Shown here in pieces: positions 37,536 to 50,557 of a stretch of 64,000 bases of DNA. Under the pieces are notes generated by a model. The model did no database searches, was not told the origin of the DNA, and saw only the letters and a list, made by a program, of their open reading frames with translations. A program made the translations under genes and the position numbers. This stretch comes from Octopus vulgaris (Eukaryota), in the NCBI GenBank assembly GCA_951406725.2, contig OX597830.1, positions 46,376,001 through 46,440,000 of the forward strand. Direction: 5' to 3'. Within the stretch, counting starts at the first letter, position 1; each line of letters starts with the position of its first letter.

Positions 37536-40500
37536 CATAGAGAGAGAGAGAGGGGGAAAGGGAATCTGTATATATTATATACAGGGATCCCATCAAGGGG
37601 TCCATTTTACAATGAAAACCTTAGCAGTTAATTCATTCATAATTAGCTAAGTTAATTAACCTAAATGAAAACTGAGTCCGTCATGATGTTCAAATAACGT
37701 TTATCATATCAGCATTTTACTGCCTAATTTACTGTGGGTTGGACAGATCTGCTACACAAGATATCAGCAGTCATTCATCTTGTTTTTAATCCTTCTCCTG
37801 AGGATTGACCTTAATACTGCTAACAACATGGAGAGCCTCTAACAACAGTAAACAATACTCTTTCTTCAATATGTACGTATATCTATATCTATGTATATAT
37901 AATGAATGGATGGATGGATTGAGAAATAGATGCAGAAAAAAAGTCTCCTGCTTAGCCAAATATAAAATGATATGCCTGCAGCCAAGAACTCTGGGCTCAG
38001 AATCATCATCCTCATCATTACCACCACCACCACCACCACCACTGCCCACATGGTTTTAACATTCACAGGGGTCAGATGGAATACATCAAAAGACAGATTT
38101 CCTTTGGTCAAATGCCCTTCCTGCTGTCAACGGTCACCTGTTTCCTTGACCACTTGTGTAACGGTGACACTTATTTACAAGTCTCAAATGATACAAACAG
38201 AAAGAAACGAACATTCCCTAGCTTTTCTTCCAATCACATAGGCACATAAAATATTCCATCAATTCCACAGAAAATTGTGTCCTGTAACCATAATTCTCAA
38301 GGAGAATCAGAGTGACACAATACAAGGCTGTAGCTTCAAATTACAGTTATGATAATCCATCCAGCAGCCTTTGGATTGACCAAAGGCTGTAGTACAAGAT
38401 GGCCACATAGTAGAGTCAAAGCCAGCCCATCATTACCGTAAAGCACACTTCTTAATCATTTGGTAATGTTGTATCCATTCACCACAAATCATGATACAAC
38501 CAACAAATAAACCAGCACATTCATTAGATCTGTTCGAAATAGCAGCAGTCAAACCTTCATCAAATCACACCCAACTTTTAATGGTTAAAAAAAAAAAAGG
38601 AGACAATGGATGCCTGGGGCTAAACTACATCATAACGATACTCTATAATTGTAAAGTGCCCTATCAACAATACATGCAATGCTGAGCCAAAATCATTCCA
38701 GTTGTCTCCAGAAACCAAGCAAGTAACCATCAAAGAGTTATTTTGAAATACTTCAGCCCTTCCTCAACCGACCAAAGACTTATGTGCCATTCAAACAAAC
38801 AACCAGTATCACATCCAAAATTTGGATATCATTATCAGTTTCAAATACACCTCAGTACATTCCAGAGATATATGAAGTATAAAATTAATTAGTCACAGGT
38901 AGAATTCTTGTTTATTACTTTTTACACTTTTTCTCCCCATACCAGATGAAATTTTTTCATAAATTCTTTAAGTTCACATAACATAACTATATCACAATTT
39001 GAGTGGATGGAGAGAGAGAGAGATCTTTGTATTTTTCATTTTTATTCCTACCTTAACAGAATCTCACTAAAAATGTCAACAAATTCCCTACACTTTCTAA
39101 ACTTATTTTGACTTTTGATAAATTGTGCAGCCCTTTTCTAATTTGACATCAATCCCAGAACTCTTACAACAACAGCCACCACTGTTGTGCTCATCGCTCA
39201 CATTTTGGCTGCATTTTATCTGAAAAATTGGATATTTTTGATACTGCTGATGGTCAGCCAGGGAACTTTGTTGGTCGAGTTGAAATTGTAATCCAGATAG
39301 TTCGACAGGTTTTAGGAACCAAGATGCAATAAAATCAATGGTGTGTGTGTGTGTGTGTGATTGCAATCAATAACCGATGAGTATGAGTGAAAAATGAGAT
39401 GAAATAAGCAAACGTAACTGCTTACATAGGATTGGAGCCTGGTGCAGCCTTCTGGCTTGCCAGCTCTCACTCAAACCGTCCAGCGCATGCTAGCATGGAA
39501 AGTGGACGTTAAACAACGATGATGATGATGATGATAACGAACTGCATTGCCCCGGAGCAGAGCACAAAGTTGCATGAAGTAAGTTTGAACTCAGCACATC
39601 CATTGAACACATTATAAATATTTATTGCAATAATGTTAGCAACATTATTAATGAGTCAGTGTTTGTGAGCAATTGAGAATAGTCGACCAAATCAGCTTGA
39701 GTACATAACTGGTGCCTATTTTACTGACCCTGGGAAAAGTGAGAGGCAGAGGTGAGTTCAGTGAGATTTGAACCAAGTTTGTCAAGATTCGAAGAATTCA
39801 CAAAGATGAACTCTCCCCACGGATTTAAAAGATATTGCAGTTGAAATATACTAGCACTCCATCGGTTCCAGTCGATCCGATCAGTGTAACAGGCTGCTCG
39901 TGAAATTAATCTGCAAGTGGCTGAGTACTCCTCAGATACATGTACCTTTAATGTAGTTGTCAGGGGAGATTCAGCAAGAATGTGACAAGGTTTGCCTTTG
40001 AAATACAGGTACTGCTCATTTCTGCCAGCTGAGTGGATTGGAGCACTAAAGTGAAATAAAGTGTCTTGCTCAAGGACACAGTGCACTGCCAGGAATCAAA
40101 GCCACAAGCTGAATACCTGACCCACTACGCTCCACGCATTACCACAGCAATTGAAATCCATTTGCTTTTATTCCGTAAGAAGCTTTAAAAGCATGGATGT
40201 TGGCGCAGAGCATCCTGATAAGTGCCCAAAAGAGGAAGAGTTTGTACAAAGAAGAAATCAGTTTAAGTGTCGTTTTATAATTAATGAAAAGTTAATTAAC
40301 CCTTTTAGCATTCTATCAAATCTAACGTTTACCTTGTTTTGAATTAATCATGCGTTACCTCATAGCTTTGACATTTCAATAGTAGAATTGTCTATTTTAG
40401 AATGGCATTGAAGGGTGGGTGTGAGAAGCCAGATCTGACCAGTTTCAACACAAAACAGGAAGAATCTTTGGGTTGGGCATGGCCAGTTTCAATGCTAAAG

Positions 40501-43500
40501 AGTTAAATTTGGTAAAGAGCTGAGGTGGTGTTATCCGCCTTGTGTCATTGTGTCTTCTGCGTCAATGAAGGCACATTTTGGGTTAAATCCTTTGCTTTTT
40601 TTTTAGTTTTATAGCTTTTATGGAATTATACAAGAATCACTGATGGACAATTTTGTCCTTTGAATTTTTTTTTTTTGATGAATGTTGAAATGAAAAGTTG
40701 GTTTTGTTGAGTGGGTGGTGTGTGTGGTTGAGGATAATGTCCACACGAATACCAAATATTGGTCACCAAAAGATAATTTTGTACCCCACCCTCACTAATG
40801 TTAATTTGGACTAATTTAACAGGATTTGAACTCTCAATAAAGAGCTACAACACTAAGTAGCACTTGCCATTCAGTTTAACCATCTTTCGTTACTGCTTTT
40901 GTAATCATTATTTTGCAAAGCTTAATCCGTGTGTTTCTTCAAGGAGATTAAACAAGGAACAGAGGAGACGTTTAGATTTCATAAAGTATCCATCAAGAAG
41001 ACCTACGACCATCGTGACGACATTGTTACTGGATCCTAGAATAATATTGATTTCTAACAAAGTCACAAAGTGAGAAACAGAGACCAGTTGATTCAATCCA
41101 CCCAGGTATTTGCTGGTGCTTCTTCATTCCACCCATCCTTTGAAGGATAAAAGGTAGGCTCAATCTCTGGACAAATAGGCTTTTCATCTAAATACAGGGC
41201 ATTTTGTTTGACACTAATCAATTCTACCAATCTACCATCCTTTGCCAAAAAGCAATAATCAATTAATGTTACTAATTACTGTTACAATAATTAATTAATA
41301 TTCAAATCAAACAAAAATATTAAATTAATAAAAAATAGAAATCAATTAAATTAAATGGAAAAAAACTTTAATAATTTATACATAAAGCTCAGTCAGAAGT
41401 AGATTAAACTGGCTTTCGAATAAAAAAAAACTTTTAAATCTGATTTTTTTTTTTATTTCAATTCATTTTTCACAAAAAATAATGACATTTTCTTACTTTT
41501 TTTAAAGTTCTCACTCAAAAACTATTTTGACAGGCACATTCACATTAGCATGCAAGAAACACAGATGTAGGTTTATAGCAGACTAGCTACAAAAGCATAT
41601 CATTCTCAATATGAGAATGTGAAGCAAACAATCATTCCAACAACAACAATAACAACAACAACAACATGTGGGAGTGGGGAGGTGTTGTCATATTACTGCT
41701 GCTTCACTCCACTTTACTGTTGGGTGAGATGGATATATATGATATGATATGCAAATCTCCACCAGGGTAGGGCAGGTATAAATATATTTATATAACTTTT
41801 TACAGGTCAAGAACTTATTCCTTGGCATCTGCCCCACCCATAAAACTTCACAAAGCTAGATATCAAGTTAAGGAATGGACAGAATGAACAGTCTCTCTCT
41901 CACAGATGGAATGAAATAAACTAAAATAGATTTGAAACCACAAAAGTGAGATGGCGGGGCAGTCTAAATACCACATCACTTCTACTGAGATCTCTAATAA
42001 AACGAAAAAAAAAAAGGGTAACTGTTCTATCTAGGAATGAAAAGTATTTTGAATTGAAAATTTAATCAAACCATACCACTTACTAATAATATTAATTTTA
42101 GCACAAGACCCAAATCTTGGGAGATGGTGGGGAATAGGTTGGTCGTTTACTTTGACCCCTTGCCCAAATGGTATTTATCAACAACGACAATGAAAGGCAA
42201 AGTCGACCTCAGCAGCATTTCAACTCGGAATGTAAAGACAGACAAAATATGGCTAAGCAGCTTGTCCAGCACACTGGTCATTCTGCCGGCTCAAGGTCAA
42301 AACTCATTATTTACAGTTAAGCTCATATTTCATCATTGTCTGAAAATCAAGATGTTATCAAATGAAAACATCTGGATTTGAAAAATAAGTGTCTTAATTT
42401 CATTAAATCTATTATTTCTTGCTCCTTATCATTTATCCCTTGACATATTCAAGCCAATGAGGACATTCACGTAGTCACTTGACCTGCTAGAAATAGTAAC
42501 TAAACCTCTCTCATATCCTATCATCTTAAAAAAAAAAAAAGGTTGGAATGTACATGGTTTGAATTCCCTTTCACCCCAGGTCTGTTCGATTAGAACCGAC
42601 CTGCAGTTGAACCATTAAATATGGACAATGCTTTTTCTGTCGATGCAAATCACTTCATCTACTTCATAAAATAAAAGTGGCAGAAGTAGTGCCCAGCTGG
42701 AGCATGGAACCAAACAAAATAACATCAATTGTGGACAGGATTTTTAAGTTCACCAGCGATTCTTCTATTTTAGCCACACAGACAGCACTAAAAGACTTCC
42801 TAGAATCTCTTAGGATCTAGTTTCTAAAACCAGAGAACAGAAAATTTTTTTTTAATCATGAGGTAAGGAGAGAACTTTGACACTCTACACCCTGGCACCT
42901 CCCCCTCCATAGAAAATTAAAATCTGCTTTCATATATTCTATATTACCAGCCTATGATGGCCGAAACATTGACTGAATAGGGACTTTCATTGCTAACGCT
43001 CGTGTCTATATAAGCCAAGTGCCTACATCAGAAAGTGTGTGTATGTGTGTGGGTGTATGATCAGCAGATGAGATACAGAGGAACATAAAGACACCATATG
43101 TGCTGAGCACTCCTTTCTTCTGCCCATTAAATACACACTGTATAAAATCCATAATTTCTAGTCTGACAAAATATATATTTGGTCTTATCTACGACAAACC
43201 AGGAACTAAACAATAAAATACAGGAAGACCCGATTATATATGGTAAAAAGGAAAAGAGGAAAATCACACACACACACGCACAGGTGTATATATATATATA
43301 TGTTGTATGTGTATTTATTTACTCTTTGGTGTATGTGATTGTGCACATCTGATATTGTATGTGGAATACAAATGTTGAATTTATGAATAAATTTTGGAAA
43401 GAACCTGTTCAACACTTTACATTAGAACTCTATCTCAATTTTAACCATTCAATTATTGTGCACATGTGGGTCTACATGTATGCGTGTTTTGTTTGGCTCT

Positions 43501-43932
43501 CTATGTGAATGTGTGTGTATATAATGTGAGTTGCCTGAACATATCTCTATTATATGCATGTGTTTTCACAAGTGTATGTATATATTTGTATGTATGTGTA
43601 TGCGTATATGTAAGTCTGTGTATATATATATTTGTGTATGTATATATATATATTTGTGTATGTATATATATAAATATGTAAGCATGTTTGTACACACATG
43701 TTTATATAGATGTGTGTGTGATTTTTCTCTTTTTCTTGTTACATATAAAGATAATTAACTCCTCTTAAGATTTTCTTCCTTAATCCCCAGTAATCCCAAA
43801 GTGAAATAAAATATATATTTTGCAGGACAAGCGATTATCAAATAAGTATTTTCAGTCGCTCTCAGACCTGTGTTTGAGAACTTTATTCTATGTGGCCAGA
43901 ACTCGCTTCTTTCTGATACCGTCACCAGCTAC

Positions 43933-43993
<61 letters not shown>

Positions 43994-44537
43994 TATATCG
44001 AATGATTAATCAGACTATTGGATGTAGTTATACATTGCTTGTCACAGTGTGCTTTTGCATTGTTTCAACTTTCGAACGATGCCACTCAGCAGCTGTTAAG
44101 GTGACCTTCCCTGCTGATCGGAAGACTAGTTTGTGACAGGGCGACCCCCTTTACAGCTGAGTGGACTGGAGCAACAGGAAATGAAGTCATTTGCTCAAGA
44201 ACACAACATGCCGTCCAGCCTGGGAATCAAACCCATGATATAATGATCTCGAGTGCAACACCTTAACCACAAGGCCAGGCACCGTCATAGATTCATATAC
44301 AAATTCCATAGCAACATGCATATTCCATGTGTATGGAAATTGAGTGGGAGGCTGAAGAGTAAATAGGTGTAGTTGGAGAAATTACAAGATGAAATAGAGA
44401 AGAAGTCATATGCGAAGGAAGAATGAGAGATTTTGGTAGGAATTAATGAATTGGAATCAAGCACACACACAAACATTCTACACATCTATACATAAATAAT
44501 GAGAGATAAAGTGAGACACAATCAGCAGAGCTACGTT

Positions 44538-44568
<31 letters not shown>

Positions 44569-47500
44569 GTGGAAATGAAATGTGAGGCAGTGAGAGTGAA
44601 TGAGGGGGGATGGGATGAGGTGGAGTGCAGCAAGAGTAAGTATCACACCAACAAGTAGTTAACCTGGAAACAGGTTCAAACCTTTTTCCCATTTTCACGG
44701 TTCACAACAGAGACATTCTCATCCCCAGTAAGGTTTTCAAAATCCAATTTTGCTGGGTCGAGTCTAGGCCGCCGCCGCCGTCGTTTCTCAACTTCGGGCT
44801 GAAATATTGAGAGAGGAATTGAAGAAACACATCAGATCTTTCTAAAAGCAAAAAATTAAATGTGACTAAATGATGCAAGCTAAGTGAAAACAGTATCAAA
44901 TAGATGCTGGTGGAGTGACCATTGAATAGAATGGTGATGAGAAGATGAAAGCGGAGCACTGCATCCTTCAAAACTTCCATGCTTCCTGAGATTCGCCAAA
45001 AACTACACTTGATTTTCTCCCCTCCATACACACACAAGCATGTATCTGACTCATACATTGTTTGCTTTCCAGACATTTCTACATTACTGCATGTACTTTA
45101 TATGCACTTTCTGACAAGTTGTGGTGCACCAGAGCACTGTATACAATAATTTCATTATTATTATTATTAAAGATATGATTATATTCTGCTGACAACTTAA
45201 TGATGCTGGGTCTTTTAATGTAATTTGTCAGAAGATTAAATTTAATTCATTTACTAAAGAAGCAGATCAAAACATGTCATGGAAATGTTGCCTGAGGTTC
45301 ACTGGCATTTTATCTGAAGAACAAGCTGGCCTCCGTGCCAATGGCACGTAAAAGCATCATTCGAGCGTGATCGTTACCTACGTCGCCTTACTAGCACCTG
45401 TGCTGGTGGCACGTGTAACAAACATTCAAGCGAGGTCACTGCCAGTGCCGCTGGATGGGCTCCTGTGCAGGTGGCACGTGTAAAAAACATTCGAGCGAGG
45501 TCGCTGCCAGTGCTGCTGGACTGGCTCCTGTGCAGGTGGCACATGAAAAGCACCATTTGAGCAAGGCCGTTACCAGTACCACTTAACTGGCCCTCGTGCT
45601 GGTGGCACGTAAAAGCACCCACTACACTCTCGGAGTGGTTGGTATTAGGAAGGGCATCCAGCTGTAGAAACTCTGCCAGATCAGATTGGAATCTGGTGCA
45701 GCCGTCTGGTTTGCCAGACCTCAGTCAAATTGTCCAACCCATGCTAGCATGGAAAGCGGATGTTAAACGATGATGATGATGATGATTTAATACCAATAGG
45801 AAATGGTATTCTTAGAGGTTTTAGATAAAAAGCCCATTGGTATTATATTTCCACTGAGGTATGAAGTCTTTAGTGTCAAGGGTGGTGGACGTAGACAGAG
45901 ATGAACAGAAGAGAGAGGACACAAATCATTGGTTCTTATAATTAGTTCTTAGTAGAACATGCCAGTTTTAACAGCTGCAATGAACAATTTAGATCAATGG
46001 TCTTCAAACAGGATCCACAAGGATCATGGCACATTGCAAGAATAGTTTGTTGCATTGCAGATTTTAAAATACACTTGAAGGCTTGAGAAAATCTATAAAG
46101 TTGTTTGGTATTTATGATTTTGTTATTATTGACCTTCCCAGACCTGGGCCCCTGTGTCTAATTTTATCCTTCACTTGGGCTCCCCTCCCCCCAAAGTTTA
46201 ATATACAGCTCAAGAGTAACAATAGCAGGCAGACTAATGGACAGAATTTGTAGCCTCTTATTTTTCTACGTATGTTTTGTTCATCATCACTTTACCAGGA
46301 ATCTGGCAGAGATGATGTTTAACCGATTCCTGCTATAGTGGGAATATAACATGACAGGGTTAATAAAAAAATGTAAACAATATTTACAATTATTTTGTGC
46401 TGGTGAAGGGAAATAACTCAGGAATCGCGATACACAAATATTGTTTTGAGCTGAGGGGGGGTGTGTGCTAGATTCCCTTGTTCGAAAATATAAGGACACA
46501 GGTTGTGTCGTATAGCCAGCTGGAGACGAGGTCTCCTGGGGCTAAATTACAGCAACATTCGAACTAAACCAGGACTGCCATATTATGTTGGCAAATAATC
46601 TTTACTCAATATTTTCCAACATTCTTTTTCTAATTTTCAATTTTAAAACATTTTCTTCAAAAATTTTTATGTGAATTACCCAAGTAATATGTTTTTTAAT
46701 CTGATCTTCAGTGAGGGAGAGTAATTAGAATGTCAAACAGAATGTTTCATATTAGTTCCAATTCCCTACATTCTGAGTACAAATTCCACTGAAACCAACT
46801 TTGTTTTATCTTTTGGGCTTGAGAAAAAAGTCACAATCCAATGTGATGGATGGATGGAACTACAAGAAGAACATCAGAGTGTCTTGCAGCATTTGGTCTC
46901 ACTTTTTAAAAATATTTTTTTAATCATGAGTTCAAACCCATCACTCAGTTTAATGCCATCATTTAGCAGTCCATCCTGCTGTAAGTATTCCAGTTTGTAG
47001 ACATCGTTCTCCCTACCACCAGAGTCTGTAGCCTGTACTGGGCCCTAGAGACACTGCCTTCCCTCTTGACTGAAAGATTTACAAAAACAAAAAAGGGTGC
47101 AATGAGCTGATGCAATACAAAGATACAAAGAAATGTTTGTGGCAGACACGTCTAATCGATGCCGGCCATGAATCAGATGGATCTGCTGCCAATATTTCTT
47201 TGTCATTTTTGACTCAGAAGTTGAAAGGTGAATCTATAGATATGATGGAACTCAAGACCAATGTAAGAAGAGCACACAAAGATTTAACACCAAAGATTTA
47301 ACCCTTTCGTTACTGCATTTATTCTGAGATGCTCTGTGTTTCTTTCGATTAATTTTAAATATAACAAAAGAATTTAGTAAAATGACTTAGTGATCATTCA
47401 GCTAGTATTAGGAACATAAATTGTGACTAAGTTTCGGAGGAAGATTTTAATTCAGAACTTATGGAAAACAAGACATTTGTACTACAGAGTCAGAGCTGGT

Positions 47501-48135
47501 TTCAGCCGGGTTGGTAACGAAAGGGTTCAAGAAAGAAGTGATAAAGTCTCTTAAGCTGTAAAGAAACCAGTCTATCACCCTACACAACCACCACAACACA
47601 AAAAGGGTAATATGGTAATTATTATAGACATTAAAACATTAATCAGCATACCTCCCAGTCTTCGTCTGAGAGACTAATAAAAGGCTTGTAGCCTGGATTT
47701 TGCTCCAACCATTCTCTAAAGTCTTTTTTCATTGGGGCTTCTTCCCCAGATATAATAATCCCATCTTTCTCATGTACCATGGTGATGCGCTCAGCTAAAT
47801 GACATTATAAAAAAAAAAAAGAAAAAAGAAACAGGTGTTACACATCAATGATATAGAAGCACACGGTTTTCACATTAAATACAAATCAATTTTGCTATCT
47901 ATCCTGTCAGTATTCTCATTACCATGTGTGTATTCTTTTATTTGTTGCAGTCATTTAACTGTGGCCATGTTGGAGCACTGCCTTTAGCCAAACAAATCGA
48001 CCCCTAGATTTTGTTCTTTGTAAGCCTAGTACTTATTCTATCCAACTCTTTTACCAAGGCGCTAAGTTACGGGGACATAAACACACCAACATTGGTTGTC
48101 AAGCAATGATGGTGAGAGGGACAAAAACAGACACA

Positions 48136-48178
<43 letters not shown>

Positions 48179-48903
48179 GATGGGCTTCTTCCAGTTTCCA
48201 TCTACCAAATTTACTCACAAGGCTTTAGTTGGTCCGTGGTTATAGTAGAAGACACTTGCCTAAGGTGCCATGCAGTGGGACTGAACCTGAGACCATGTGG
48301 TTGGTAAGCAAGCTACTTACCACACAGCCACTCCTGTTGTAACATCCACTTTACCATGCCTCTGTGGATTGGACAGTTTACTGGGTCTAATTTTCTATGG
48401 TTGGATGCCTCTCCTGTCATCAACACTTGCTTGTTTTCAAGCGAGGCAATATTTCACCATGGCCAGACAGGTGTTTGCAACTTCATAGAATATTGGAAAT
48501 GAATGCACAGCAGATAAAAGTGATTCCTTAAGTAGTCGTAGTAGTAGACGGTGACGACGACTATGACTACGACTACTACTAGAAGCAGCAGCAGCAGTCT
48601 ATCACAGGTAACTGCTTCTTCTTATTGCCTCCCAGGATCTTAAATATTCCGACAGATAGAGAACTGTCTATCAGGGAGACAACAAGATACATAGATCAGG
48701 ATATATATATAATATTACGAAATATATAGAACTGCTAAAAAGAAGTGCTCAGGTCGAACCCGAAACTAAAGATACAAATTGAGATATAAACTCAAATTGG
48801 GCAATCATACTCATACATTTATAAATTCGACTAAAAATGTGATATGTATCAATATATGTATACACATTTTAAGTCAAATTTATAAATGTATGATTGCTCA
48901 ATT

Positions 48904-48971
<68 letters not shown>

Positions 48972-49293
48972 GGTCCCGGGTTGAGTCGGGGTTAACCACA
49001 GTAAGAGTAAAATTATTTATAGAAGGTACAGACTAGAACTTTTCATAGTCCTGATGATTCTTAATGAAACAGTTTAGGTACTCAATAATAGTAGTATTAA
49101 TTTATTTTATAGAGGAGTACAGATGCTAGGTACTCAATACATAGCTGAGTAAATTAATTTATTTTATAGAAGGAGTTTCAAGTACAATACTAGAACTGTT
49201 TCATTCAAAACTATTCTTGTCACCTAGCTTCCTGATGATTTCTTTTGAATGAAACAGTTCTAGTCCTGTAGAAGCTCCTTCTATAAATATAAA

Positions 49294-49350
<57 letters not shown>

Positions 49351-50034
49351 CTCTTTGACTCTTGTTTGAATAATAGTTGGATGATCATTACATAACCTAC
49401 TAAAAAAGTTGACAAGTGTAAATAAATATTATTCTATATATCACAATTATTTCTGTGCATGTATATTTTACAAACACACAAACACGCATTCATGTACGAG
49501 GGTGAGTCAAAAAGTAATGCCATTTTGTTTAGGACAGGTATAATTACCAACACAGGAATATGTATCATACATCAGAATGAAGCTGGTCCTCTGTGGATCA
49601 CATCCCTACTTCTCAACATAGTTTCCGATTTTCTCAATAGTAATGTTACACTTTTGAATTCTGTTGACTGTTCTTTGAGCCACTTCTTCACTACAGCTTT
49701 CACTTCCTCATCACTGGAATAATTTAGTGCCTTCAGACTATCATCTCTTCGGCCTCATGAAAGAGAGTTTGAGAGGCAAACCTTATTCCAGTGACGAGGA
49801 AGTGAAACTGTAGTGAAGAAGTGGCTCAAAGAACAGTCAACAGAATTTTACAGGGCAGGGATACATGCTCTCATTCGAAGGGGGACCATTGTTATTGAGA
49901 GAAACAGAGACTATGTTGAGAAGTAGGGATGTGATCCACAGAGGACCAGCTTCATTTTGGTGTATGGTACGTGTTCTTGTGTTGGTAATTATACCTGTCC
50001 TAAACAAAATGGCATTACTTTTTGACTTACCCTC

Positions 50035-50087
<53 letters not shown>

Positions 50088-50518
50088 TTTATAAAGTTTG
50101 TTGTGTGTGTAAATGTTACTCCATTGTAAAGTTCAGCTCTGATACTGGTCAATGAGAAAACTCGGTGAATGAAAGAGGAAAATTAACTTCTTTCTTACTT
50201 GGATTTTCATTATTTTGCAGTGACTGGAGCTTATCATTCATGATAGCCTCTAGAGTGTTCGCTATTTTCTCACTCTTACGTTTGCGACCCCTTTTCTTTT
50301 TCATGGTTGTCTGTTGAAGCTATGGAGGGAAAGAGAAAAGAAAGAGATTAATATCAAGAGCAAGGGAGACAGACCTTGCGATTAAAGGCAGACATAGTTG
50401 TGGGGTCAAGAAGTTGGCTGCATTATCAAGCAGTTGTGTCTTCCAGTTCGCAGAGTCTTCTACCGTAACCTCACATTCGCTGTTGTGTGAAAATCGTGAG
50501 AGAGAGAGGGAGAAGGGG

Positions 50519-50557
<39 letters not shown>

